Shown here in pieces: positions 1 through 13,082 of a DNA stretch of 64,000 nucleotides. Below the pieces are notes generated by a model. It made no database searches and was not told the DNA's origin. It saw only the letters and a program-made list of their open reading frames with translations. Source of the DNA: the human T2T-CHM13v2.0 reference genome, Homo sapiens. Positions within the stretch are counted from its first letter, which is position 1, and each line of letters starts with the position of its first letter. The stretch lies in the NCBI RefSeq assembly GCF_009914755.1, contig NC_060937.1. One strand, written 5' to 3'. A program made the position numbers and the translations under genes.

Positions 1-176
1 GGTGGGAAGCAGCTGCTTCCTGAAGTTGCTACTTCCACAATACCTTAGAGTTTCTTTTTCTACCCTTTAAGTTACCAGCTGACAACTTTTTACTAATTAA
101 GAAGTGTTTGTATTAAATCTTCTCTGTTCAAATAGCTGGTATCATTTCTGCCTCCAGAGTGGACTCTGACCACTAC
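1..176 (+). mobile_element. 3' end of an old ERVL-type LTR (LTR33/LTR16-like), truncated by the window edge
   Basis: tattaaatcttctctgttcaaatagctggtatcatttctgcctcc...ggactctgaccactac resembles the poly(A)-signal/U5 end of old ERVL LTRs; family recalled, not searched. Confidence 0.35.
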
Positions 177-539
177 CTCTACTGAATATTGTCAACATTA
201 TTTCTTTCCTGAGATGAACATTTTATTGGACATTTGAAATAAGGCCTGGTGATAAGTTTATATATATGCATAAAATCATAATAAATGCAACAGCTACTGG
301 TACTGACTGATGTGGGGATGACACATTGGTGGCTGGGAAGCCACTAGCAGCATTGCCATTGCTAGGTTCAAAAATGATGAACAACTCTTGATCTCTTGAT
401 GATGTACTAGACAGAAACTACAATCTGCCCTGATTTGTAGTGTAGTTCCATTCCTGGGAAAGTTAGCACACACTAAAATGGGGGAAAATACACTTTGTGT
501 TTTTATGTAAAATATAGCCATGCCATACAAGATATGAAA

Positions 540-660
540 ATATTCATTGTTCAGGACAGTCTTATGCATTGCTGTTTGTCTAAAAACTCTCACTCTTACC
601 CACTAAGTGCCATTGCACTTATCCCAATTACGGGTGACCAAAACTGTGCCCACATCATGT
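540..660. mobile_element. Degenerate MER20-like hAT-Charlie fragment
   Basis: ggacagtcttatgcattg...tacccactaagtgccattgcac...gtgaccaaaac resembles MER20 internal sequence. Confidence 0.35.
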
Positions 661-1929
661 CTTAGAGTAATGTCATATCTGTTCAGAATAAAATAAGGCA
701 GAGGCAGAAGAGGCCATTTCCTTTATGAATTTAGTTGAGGATAAGTCATCCCATGGGTCTTCCACACTGAAAGGGCATCTCCTCATGCTTCTTTCCACTT
801 GGCAAAAGTCTCAAAGTCTAAGTTATAATGAAGATAGTTTTTATGAAAAGGATAATATCCTAAAAGAAATTCTTAGCCCCTATAAACACATTTTACAATC
901 AATATATGTTAATTTTAACATGAAAGAAATAAAACTAGTACAGGTAATAACAATAGTAATATTTGTGCATAATCATATTATAATACATAAATGCCTAGGC
1001 ACAACTACATTAGATACACAGGGTGAACACAATTATCAGTCTAGTTACCCTGGAGCACCCTAACACAAGACACCAGAGCGGCCTTTAAGGTTTGAGAAGA
1101 AAAGGGAAAAAGACAGAAAATGATTCTAAAAATCAATAAAAATGTTATACAGCAAAGGTTTTATGAAGAAGAAGGCAGCATGAAGCATAAGGTTAGGATT
1201 AGAGGGCCCTCAAGATTAAGCTGAAGTTAGGGGAGAAAGTACACATGCGTGGTTGATATACATGTGTATTTTTATTCGGGAAACCTGTTGGTGTGGACAC
1301 ATATATATACAGACAACCCTTGAACAACACGGTTTGAACTGTACACATCTATTTCTATGTAGAATGTTTTCAATAAATGTATTAGAAAAATTTGTGGAGA
1401 TTTGTGAAAATTTGCAAAAACATGCAGAGAAACCATGTGGCTTAGAAATATATTAAAAAAAATTCTTAAGTTAGGTGTGCCATGAATGCATAAAATATAT
1501 GTCAATACAAGCCTATTTGATGCTTTCCTACCATAAAATTTACATAAATCTATTGTAAAAAGGTAAATTGTATCAAAATTTATGTATATACTTACTGACC
1601 AAACATGGCATCACTGCAGTTGAGAGAATTATAAACACACATAAAGATGCAGTATTAAATTATAACTGCACAAAATTAACTGTAGCACATACTATACTAC
1701 TATAATTTCATAGCCACCTCCTGTTGCTATTGTAGTGAGCTCAAGTGTCAAAAGTATCCACTTAAAATGCCATGTAATGCTAATCATCTCTGCATGAGCA
1801 GGTCATAACCCTGGTAAATTACATATCACAGTAAAAAGTGATCTCTCATGTTTCTGGTGTATTTTTTTAAACATGTTTTAATGCAATAGCATAAACCTTG
1901 AATAACATATGAGACCCATACAAACTGCC

Positions 1930-3800
1930 ACTAGTGATGCTGGAAATGCTCTTAAGAAGCAGAGAAAAGTCATGACATTACAAGAAACAGTTAAATTGCT
2001 TGGTATGTATTACAGATTGAGGTCTGCAGCTGTGGTTTCATTTCAAGATAAATGAATCCTGTGTAAGGATCATTGTTTAAAAAAAAAAAAAAAAAGGAAG
2101 GAGAGAGGAGAGGAGAGAAGACTCATGAAGCCACTGCTGCAGCTATGCCAGCAGGCATGAACATCTTGGACTTTTTGCAAAATACCTTTTTATCTTGAAT
2201 TGAAAATGCAGCTTTTATGTAGATACAGAATTGCTATAAGAAAGGCATATCTATAAACTCTAATATGATTCAAGAAAAAGCAAAGTCATGGTATGACAAC
2301 TTAATAAAGGAAGGTGAAGGATCTAAAGCTAAAAAAGGAAGGAGAGGAGAGGAGAGAAGACTCATGAAGCCACTGCTGCAGCTATGCCAGCAGGCATGAA
2401 CATCTTGGACTTTTTGCAAAATACCTTTTTATCTTGAATTGAAAATGCAGCTTTTATGTAGATACAGAATTGCTATAAGAAAGGCATATTTATAAACTCT
2501 AATATGATTCAAGAAAAAGCAAAGTCATGGTATGACAACTTAATAAAGGAAGGTGAAGGATCTAAAGCTGAAGAACTTAATACCAGCAAAGGATGGTTTG
2601 ATAATTTTAGGAAGAGATTTGTTTTAAAAATATGAAGATAACAAGAGAAGCTGTATCTGCCAAACAAGAAGCAGCAGATGATTTCCCAGACACCATTAAG
2701 AAAATCACTGAGAAAAAATGGATATCTACCTGAACAGGTTTTTAATTCAGACAAAAGTGCTCTATTCTGGAGGGGGCAGGGAATCCACAAAGGACATTTC
2801 TTAGTAATGAAGATAAGCAAGCACTAGGATACAAGGAAGGAAGGGATAGGTTACCCCTACTGTTTTGCACAAATGCAATTGGATTTATGATTAGGACTGC
2901 CCTTTTTATACAGCTGCTAACTCCCAAGCCTTGAAGGGAAAAGGTAAACAGCAGCTGCCAGTCTTTTGGCTGTACAAGAAGAAGAGCTGGACAATGAGAA
3001 CCCTTTTTCTGGATTGATTCCATCAGTGACTTTGTCCCTGAAGTCAGGAAGTACCTCATCAATAAGGGACTGCCTTTTTAAAGTTCTTTTAATACCGGAC
3101 AATGCTCCGGCCACCTAGAACCCCATAGTTCAACAATGAACACATTGAAGCAGTCTACTCACCCCCAAACACAATGTCCCTAATTCAGCCTTTAAGTCAG
3201 GGGGTCCTAAGGATTTTTCAGACTCATTATGCATGGTACTTTATGGAAGGGGTTATCAACACTATGGAAGAGAGCTCAAATAGAGAAACATCATGAAAGC
3301 CTGGAAGGATCATACCATTGGAGATGCCGTCATTGTTACAGAAAATGCCCTGAAAGCCATCGATCCAGAAACCATAAATTCCTGCCGGAGGAAACTGTGT
3401 CCAGATGTTGTGCATAACTTCACAGGAATTATGACAGAATCTATCAAGGAAATTATTTAAAAGATTGTGGATATTGGGGAAAAAAAGTCAGGATGAAGGG
3501 TTTCTGAAATGGATCTTGGAAAAATTCAAGAGCTAATGGACCGCCAGAGTAGAGAAATTAACAGAAGATGACTTGATGGAGACGACTGCTTCTGAATCCG
3601 TGCCAGACAGTCATCAGTTTGGCAGAAGGGTTCCAATTATCCGAGATTCCTTTTGACTTCTTTTACGACATAGGCCCCTCTATGAGACAGGAGGCCCATG
3701 AAAACAAAGCAAATGGTGAAAGAAGGATTGGTACTTATAGAAACATTTTTAGAGAAATGAAAAAGCAAAAAGTTATACAGAAATTACAATGTATTTTCAT
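1930..3800 (+). pseudogene. Decayed Tigger2 transposase (CENP-B-type HTH plus DDE domain)
   Basis: Translated fragments KKQRKVMTLQETVKLL (~1953), TSKGWFDNFRKRF (~2582), VFNSDKSALFW (~2738), KVLLIPDNAP (~3080), PPNTMSLIQPLSQGV (~3162, catalytic D replaced by S); many stops and frameshifts; ends approximate. Confidence 0.85.
2090..2569 (+). repeat. Direct tandem duplication: 2090-2330 (241 bp) and 2331-2569 (239 bp)
   Basis: The copies read identically except for a 2-bp AG indel near the start and one C/T (atatctata vs atatttata). Confidence 0.97.
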
Positions 3801-4243
3801 AAAGTTGCACTAAATGTGCCTGCCTCTCCTGCCTTCTTTTCCACTTCTTCCACCTCTCCATCTCTGTCACCTATAAGACAGCAAGACCAGCCCCTCCTCA
3901 TTCTCCTCCCCCTTAGCCTACTCAATGTGAAGACACCAGGATGAAGACCTTTATGATGATCCACTTCCACTTAATGAAGAGCAAGTATGTTTTCTATTCT
4001 TATAATTTTCTTAATAGCATTTTCTTTTCTCTATCTTACCTTACAGTAAGACTACAGTATACAAAACATATACAAAATATGAGTTAATCAACTGTTGATA
4101 TTAACAGTAAGCCTTCTCAATCAACAGTTAGTAGTTAAGGTTTTGGAGAGTCAGAAGTTATATATGAATTTTCTACTGTGAGTGGGTCAGCACCCCAAAC
4201 CTTCATGTTGTTCATCAATCAACTGTACATATTTAAATACAAT

Positions 4244-4244
4244 T

Positions 4245-4290
<46 letters not shown>
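4244..4290. repeat. Compound (TG)n(TA)n microsatellite
   Basis: Direct reading. Confidence 0.95.
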
Positions 4291-4417
4291 ATATATTTCT
4301 TTATTTGACATAAAGAGGACATTGTTTTATATCTTATTCAAAGTTATTAGAGTTGGGATACATTACCTTATATATACAGTATATCAAAGAAAAGTTATTA
4401 GGTTAAAATAGAAATAA

Positions 4418-4437
4418 TGACCTTTTAGCAAAGGTCA
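4418..4437. promoter_or_regulatory. Everted nuclear-receptor repeat TGACCTTT-tagc-AAAGGTCA (ER8; two NBRE octamers)
   Basis: Perfect AAAGGTCA on both strands; motif match only, no functional evidence. Confidence 0.3.
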
Positions 4438-4620
4438 CTCAATAAATATCTGTACAATTAGGAATGAACAATAAGTTATAGAGTGAGGAGAGTGAACTAA
4501 AAAGAAACAAAATTATAAATGCTGATGATGCTGATGTCCAGATGATGAGCAGAATTAACTAGTGGTGAAGCTCTAATCTCATTTACTCATTAGAATTGAG
4601 GACTAGTCCTCCTTGAAAAA

Positions 4621-4737
4621 TGGTGACCAATGTCCTGGTATGCCAAGGACAGTCTGACTTATGCCTGTTGTCCTGGTTTTTATTAATACTTTACTCTTTA
4701 ATTTAAAAAAAACACACCACCAATTTGGATAATGGTT
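4621..4737. mobile_element. MER94-like hAT-Blackjack MITE
   Basis: ggtgaccaatgtcctggtatgccaaggacagtctgacttatgcctgttgtcc...caatttggataatggt. Confidence 0.6.
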
Positions 4738-4769
4738 AAGAAAACTTAGGAAAACTGATAAGAACAAGT

Positions 4770-5000
4770 AACATTCACTGAAAACTTAATATGCGCTATG
4801 ATGATATTTTCATGTTTTTATATGTGATTGTATTTACTTATTGTAACAACCAAGAAAGGCGATTATATTTACCCTGTTTTACATCTTAGGATTCCCAGAG
4901 ACTCAGAGAGGGTACTTGAATTTTTCAAGCACGTGCAGTTTCCAACTGTCAGAGGCAGGATTTCAACCCACAGCTATCAGATTTCAAGCTGCCATTAAAC
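4770..5000 (-). mobile_element. MIR relic
   Basis: attatatttaccctgttttaca...actcagagagg...ggcaggatttcaaccca. Confidence 0.55.
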
Positions 5001-7739
5001 ATGCCTGGGATATCCCTTCTGAGAGGAGAGTAGGCACAAAATACAACTAACCAGGAAACATAGATTCCTTATGCAGTCAGGAAGAAAAAGAAACTGGGCC
5101 ATATATAAGCTAGGACCTTGCTTGAACAATGGGAAATTTAAAAAATAATAAGAAGAAATTATCCACAAGACATGTTTTCAGCCAGACTAATTTATGACCA
5201 CTGTCAGCCACTGTAATTGCCTATTTGTACATAGTCTGTACTCATATAAATTCCCATACTTGCAATGAAATAACTGTCTGCTTCAGGCAAATGACTGGAG
5301 GACTTTTTTTTTTTTTTTAAGCACTGTAGTGTGGGGTCATAAGAAAATACAAAAACAAAAACCTATATTCTTGAAAAAATCCCTCCCAGGTAGAACTAAA
5401 AAATCCTAGGTGGTTATCACAAGATGCCTAAGACAAACTTTCATCACTTCACAATTTTGACTATGTTAAAACTCTAATTGGTTAGCATGTTGCTTTCAAA
5501 ATATATTCATGTGCCTCCTATTCTAAAATGACTTAAGGCTTTTAGAGCAGAAAGATCCAGAATTCAACATTTTCCCAAATTTCCAGAAAGGGCAGTACTT
5601 ATAAAAGCATTTGGTCAGAGACAGCGTTAGAAATATACTATCCCTTGGTGAAGCTGTCTGGGACAAATAGTTTTCCAATATGCTTTTAGACAAATTTATG
5701 GTTTAATGAAGTATTTTGCCTACTTGATCACAGTAACAAATCAGACATATTTATCACCTTCCCTTTTAACAGGCAGCAATTCTGTCTCCCAAGTAGACTT
5801 GGCTGACACTTTGCCATATTCTTCATGGTCCAAGTGATTAAAGAGTCCAAAATCTTAGACTGACGCAGTAACGCTCAGACGCACAAAAGTAACTTTGGAG
5901 CTGAGGGCCAAACTGGGGACACAAAAACCCTCTGGTGGGTATAAGATGACTGAACGAGTTTGTCATTTTTCCATTTTCAAATTGCCAACCTCGCCCCCTT
6001 CACACACAGGAAAATTGTATTTTTCCCAGAGCACATCTGTCAGACAATACTCTGAGGAGTGTTTGAAGCCACTCTGTGTAAACAGAGCAGAGACGATCAG
6101 AAAATAACAACTGCCACGTGTGTAAAGCTCCCTGCTGAGATCTGTGAGAGCACATGGGTGTCAAAACCATGAGCTAAGAGCCCTGCTCCCATTCGTCACC
6201 ATCAGCAGTCAACCCGAGAAAAACTGCTGAGCCTCAGCCCAAGTCTGGAGACCTGCTGCTCACTGGAATGCACTAGGGCTCACCATGCAGCCCAAATGGC
6301 CTCATCACAGTCATGTGTGGCTTTCCCTCTTCAGGTGTAGACTGAGTCCCATCTCCAGCATTACCTGTACACCCGTGATTGGACCTGCCCTAATTCTGCA
6401 CATTTGATGAAACTGTCTCAAGACCCCCACCAGCCAGTTCTGCATATCACCATCAGCAACAAGAGTTTCCTTTCTACCTCCAGCACCCTGCATCTATGCA
6501 GAAAACAGACAATCTGTCAGTAGTTTGCTTTTTTATTTAGCACTCCATTTCTAGAAAGTCGTGTCCCTAGATATTTATAATCAGAATGATGATTTAGCTG
6601 ATATACCCAGGTGTAATACCTAGACGATCTCTTAAGATTTGTATCTTACAAAGGATCTATCATTTTTTTGTGAGTAAAATATAAGTATCAATTTTTTTAT
6701 TATTCATATACTTTTTATGTTTTTATGCTAAGGCAGTGTGTGACAGTTTAAGGAAGATGTTCTATTTACAGCTATTAATAATTTACTCTTGCAACTTTTG
6801 TTAAAATATTTATACAAATAAGTTGTGCATGATAATTGCCTTGATTACATTTAGATACTGAGCTGTGAAATAAGCAAGCATTTGTTCAGAAAGCAGGAGA
6901 GGTTAAAATGTTATTAGAAATGGCTGAGACTAGAGGAGGTCAGAACTGGGATGAACTAAGTCCTGAGGTCTGTGTGCTTTGGGTGTGCCCCTACTCCTTC
7001 ATTTTGGAGAGGACCTATCAGGGGACATTGACTAGTGCGCTTTTAGGACAGAAAAGGCTCCCCTGCAACCAGGTAACCTCCAATGGGCCTGTTGCCTAAA
7101 ATGATTTTAACTAGAGGTAAAGTCTTTTATATTAAACTTAGACTTCAAAATGTAAACACCCCAAGAAGAGAAAACAGATTGACTTGAATCTACCTTAAGA
7201 TGTAAAGGACAGAAAACTATTTTCTCTCAGTTTTCCTAGAAGTGGGAAGGAAACTACAGACTGCCATATGTGAAGCAGGCAGGAAGGAAGTCTCTAGAAA
7301 AAGAAAAGGATATAACAGTGAGGGGCAGGGCTCTGGAGGGGGCCACCTCACAGCTTTGCCAAGGGGGAGGGTCATTCCCGTTTCCTCCTGCTCCCCATCC
7401 CTTCTCAGCTGAGGGTCTTCTCCAATTGACCATACACCATATTTATATGGGCCTAAAAGTCATAGTTTTTCAGGGAGAAGAATGGACACAGAGAGAAGAT
7501 AAATGGATGGAAAAAGGCAAGCAATGCGTATTTTACAAGGGCCAAAATTAGTGGAAAGAGGACAGAAATAACAGAGTGCTTGCAAAATGGGGTATTTACG
7601 TGCAGAGAAACAGCGTGCTCTTGCACCACTAAGCACTGTTCTCTAAACGTCTCTCTGCATCCCACTTTCTAAAATCCTCAACCAACTGCCTCTTAACCAC
7701 ACAAGGGTTCTTAGAGCCAGATTGTCAATGATAAAAACA

Positions 7740-7950
7740 AAATAGGACCAATTTATTAAGCATCCATTATTGAGCAGACACTGCACAAGGAAGTTTATGC
7801 AGTTATATCACCTAATTCTTATAACCATCTGCTGGCCCCATTTTTTTTTTCAGTTCAAAAAAGGCTCAAATTCATATAATAAGCAACTAGCAAGTAGGAA
7901 TTTAAACCCAACTTGCCCTGGCTCCAAAGCCCAAGCTCTCTCCAATTCAT
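7740..7950 (-). mobile_element. MIR relic
   Basis: atttattaagcatcc...ctaattcttataacc...ggaatttaaaccca...ctggctccaaagccc. Confidence 0.5.
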
Positions 7951-9050
7951 TATAAATACCTCAAAAACATCTCTTATTTGTTAATAAGATGCACTATTTA
8001 TTATTAAATTATTTGTTAATAAATGCATGTGTATATTAGTATTTATTTAATAAAATTCTTAATAATTATTTGTCAGTAATATTAATAAAATAATAATGAC
8101 TATGATATATAGTTAGGTTTAGTAGGGCCCTAGCAATGGGATATTTGATATTCAGGTACATTCAGGGTAATTCTTTTCCCTGGAATATTTATTCACAGCT
8201 ATGGATTTATTTAGGTGTGGAGGAGTCTTCTGAAGAAAGCAAAAATTAGACTCATGTCTTAAATTGAGGCTTAGACAACTATAGACATGCTTGATGAATT
8301 GGGATGAGGCTAGGAGAAGATAAAAGCTAGGTTTTTCTTATTCCATGAAAGACAATTCATCATGAGACAAAAGTACGGTATGATGCCTGGATGCAGTTCC
8401 AGGGTCTAAGAATCAAATCAAATGATATATTCAGGTGGAAAATGACAAATGCCTTGAAACCCTCGAGACCTAGCCATGAAAGCAGAATATATATTCCAAG
8501 AGTCAAAGAAAAATTATATATGCAAACCAAAAAAGCTGCCTTTCAAGATCTGCAGATTGGGTTCCAAGCAATGCTGCTGTGGAACCCTCCCTACAAGAGC
8601 ATACCACAAGGAGAGAGCCATTTCCTTCCCAACCTTCAGCAAAATGCCACGCCCTCCTAGCAATACCAAGACAAGGAGTTAATTGCTTGAGGCTGACCTG
8701 CAATAGCAGCAGATTCCTGGCTTTGCAGAACAGAAGGAGGTGCTTCCGGACCGCTTGTCCAGCCAGCATGTCAGGTGCACAGACAAGGCTTGTCAGTAGT
8801 AACAGTGATATCAGTGACCAATGATCAGAACTATCTGTCTGAGCACTAGTAACAAGCTGCATGCTACTTGGGGATACTTTGTTGAGACTGGGCAAGACAC
8901 AAGTTGGTTCTTGGAAGCAGAATGATTTAGCCTCCTGTTGAGAGCAAGCTCATTTGTGCATACACAGCATGGGAGCCACTATACTGGATACCTTACACAC
9001 ATTCATTTGTTACATTCTGCAACAATTTGTTAAGAACAGTACGTTATTCA

Positions 9051-9439
<389 letters not shown>

Positions 9440-9909
9440 TCACATTCTTTCTACTATATCCTGTGCTTTTTCATGACCCTTTACTTATCTCCTCATATTC
9501 CTCAGACTAAGTCCCAGATATTCTAGCAATGACCTTTTATTCAGAAAAATTGTTATTTGGGAACATTATGAAATATTTCATAAATTTAACTATTTACAGT
9601 TACATACATACCTGGGCCTTCCCCTATAATTATTTTGTAATTCAACAGAATATGATATAGTAACCAGAGAATTTCCTTTGAATGTAGAGAAACCCAAAGG
9701 TAAAGATGAGCAAGCAGATAATTCATGGGTATACCTCACAAAAAGAGATGTCAGCCAAATTTATCATTTATGTCCTTTTTAATTGTCTGCTGGACATAAT
9801 TATGGTACAACTTTTAAAAGGCAATAAAGTGTACCCATTCTTTATCTCAAATACACTTTGCATTCATCCCAAAGCAAAGTGCAGTTCCAAAGAGTCTAAA
9901 AACTTGTAG

Positions 9910-10278
<369 letters not shown>

Positions 10279-11849
10279 TAGTTTTCCTTTATGAACTACA
10301 CCCTGCAAGAGAAGGAAGTTGCCTAATACTTATCCTACTCAGCATTCCTTCAAGGAACAAAAGACAAACTCTAATGAAAACTGATCCAATAAAGTTGGTA
10401 TGAGTGATTAACTTTGCACAAATGATCATATATGTATCAGGCATTTTCCAAGTGCTCTCAGCTAAACCATTTTAAGAGAGCTCTAACCCAGTAGTAGCAA
10501 GAACAAGGTGTAAGAAGAAATGGCAATGAAAGGCAGTTTCTTGTCGAAAGTCACCAAGAAATCATGAGTTTAGAAGTGGGTTCCTTACCATTCTGGATGG
10601 TTCTTGACTTGATGGGTAATAAACTGCCTGTGGTAGTCCAACAAGCAATGGCAATGTAAGTCAGAAAAATGGAAGTGCTGTTTTTGGAGAATTGTATTGC
10701 CAGCTTAATACAGAAAGTAGAAAAGCTCATGATGCTTATTTGTTGTAACCAGCAGAGTTGGGGAGTAGGAGCTTTTGCCCAACCTCCTCATCAGGGAAAA
10801 GCTTGAGGGGCAGAAGGCCACTATTTTACCAATGACTTGATCAGCACTGAACATCCATCAAGACTCCATGGTGCCCTGCCCTGCCACTGAATATCACAAT
10901 AATTCAGACAAGTCAGTGGGTGACAGAATCTCCCATGTAACTCAAATACCACTACTGATAGTTTGAATATGTATTCATAAACTTTCATATGCATTTTTCA
11001 TGGTATCCTTCTAACCTTCTGTGTAACTAAAACGGGTATGATTCCATTTTGCAGATAGGGTAACTGATGGTCAAAGAGTAACACAAAAGCACAAAAGTAA
11101 CTTACATTCAAGTAAAGGACTCTGTCTCTTTAAAATCTCAAATACAGCAACCTTTCTCCCCGCAGTATACTCAGGGATTCTTGGGCCAGCTTCCAAGCCT
11201 GCAAATCCTCGTTCTAGTACACGGCCAGGAGGAAAGAATTCCAGGGAAAGATCTAAATTACAAGAGAATCTGTGACATCTGCCTGGCAAAATATTATTTC
11301 TTCAAAAAGTCCATTTTTTCAGAAATGACATTGAAGGTCTAACAACTTGCCATCCTTCAAAACCTGATGAAATTTGCTGAGGGAGAGAGAGAAAAACAAG
11401 AGGTGAGGACAGAAAGAATAAGTAAAGGTTCCTGATTAAACTCTGTAGAACAACCAAGTAGGAGAATGAATACCAATGGTAAGTCACAGGCTCACAGGCT
11501 AAAAGTAAAAGCTGCCCAGGAAGAAAGAGAAAGTTCTGGAAGCAAAGAAATCTCAAGTTTCTCAGTGGGTAATGAAAATAACTGTGTCATTTTAGATCAC
11601 ACACCTTACAGAATAGAAAGAAAAAACTTATCTTAAGATACACTCAAGTTTTTTGACTATTTTCCTGAAACCAAGGCGATGGTACTCTGATACTCTGCTA
11701 GGATATAAATAAGATTTTGTTTTTTATGAACTGAGCCCCTGATTTTTTTTTTGTCTAATGGTACAGTGCACCTCAGGTTATAAGTAAAATTATATTCCTA
11801 TTCTTTTCCAGATGTTATTTTCCTCGTATTAACAAGCCATTGATGTTTA

Positions 11850-11992
11850 CAGGAATAACCAGCAAAAATGAAGCAACATCACATGTAACTTGCTACAAAT
11901 GCAAAGCATCAAAGCCCAACAAGATCTCCTCAATAATAATGTGCATTTTAACAAGGTCTCCAGGCAGTCTATTTGCACACTGAGTAGCACTG
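11850..11992. mobile_element. MER5A-like hAT MITE, degenerate
   Basis: catcacatgtaacttgctacaaatgcaaa...tgcattttaacaaggtctccagg...agcactg. Confidence 0.55.
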
Positions 11993-12499
11993 TTTTAGAG
12001 GTCCTTTACCTGAGCAGGTTTTATTTTAGGTCCTGGCCCCACCCTGCTTTGGACTCTTTCTCCCGTTCTCTGCCATAGAGTAATGCAGAAGTCACTGACC
12101 ATCAAGAAATCCAGGATGATAAGCGCCAGAGGGTCCTTCTTCATTATCAAAACCTGGGGACATTGGCCATGGTCATCCACCAGGTTAGTTGCAGAGGCTG
12201 AGGCTCAGTCTTATTTCTCCAACTTCCTGCTTCAGGGACCTTCTCACTTCCCACTGTGTTTTTGCTGTTTGCCATCCCTGCAATGCCCCTTCCCTCACTT
12301 ACGCACTCCCTAAAAAAGGATATCGAGCAGGCGTGACCTAAGTCAAAACTGTCAAGTAGTACATTTATCTTCAGTAACCCCGAGGACTAAGGATCCTTTT
12401 GGTTCTGTTCTTTCCCCTAAACCAGCCATCAGCACCAGTACTGTCATTATACTCACCAACTTGTACTGAAGTTGCAAAGAAGTTTTGATAACAATAACA

Positions 12500-12700
12500 G
12501 TAATAGCAACCAACATCTATTAAACATGCATGACTTGCCAGGCACTGTGCTAAGCACCTTGCCCATTCATTTCTGACAATATCTTCAGAACAATGACCCA
12601 CCATAACACAAAATTCTATCATTAATTCATTTTGTACATAAGAACACTGGAGGTAGAAAACCACAGTATAACTTGCCATAGGTCACACAATTAGTGGCAT
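12500..12700 (-). mobile_element. MIR relic
   Basis: tgccaggcactgtgctaagcac...cattttgtacataagaacactggagg...acttgccataggtcacac. Confidence 0.65.
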
Positions 12701-12772
12701 TTATTTACTTATCTTCCGCTATAAATAATCAATGATTTAAGAACTCTCACTGCCAAAGGTATTTGCATTCTA

Positions 12773-13082
<310 letters not shown>

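Larger units (their letters stand above)
1310..4225 (+). mobile_element. Tigger2 (TcMar-Tigger/pogo) DNA transposon, near full length
   Basis: Left end ta|CAGACAACCCTTGAACAACACGGTTTGAACTG and right end CATGTTGTTCATCAATCAACTG|ta match Tigger2 TIRs with a TA target-site duplication; decayed transposase inside. Confidence 0.92.

Noticed and set aside
725-1063. 112-aa ORF
   Set aside because: AT-rich, no homology recognised, no coding-like features
7960-8100. AT-rich stretch with repeated ttatttgttaataa
   Set aside because: Low-complexity DNA; short repeats and stems are expected by chance
8391-8895. Overlapping ORFs of 68-130 aa and possible splice sites
   Set aside because: No recognisable domain, and the splice boundaries are ambiguous
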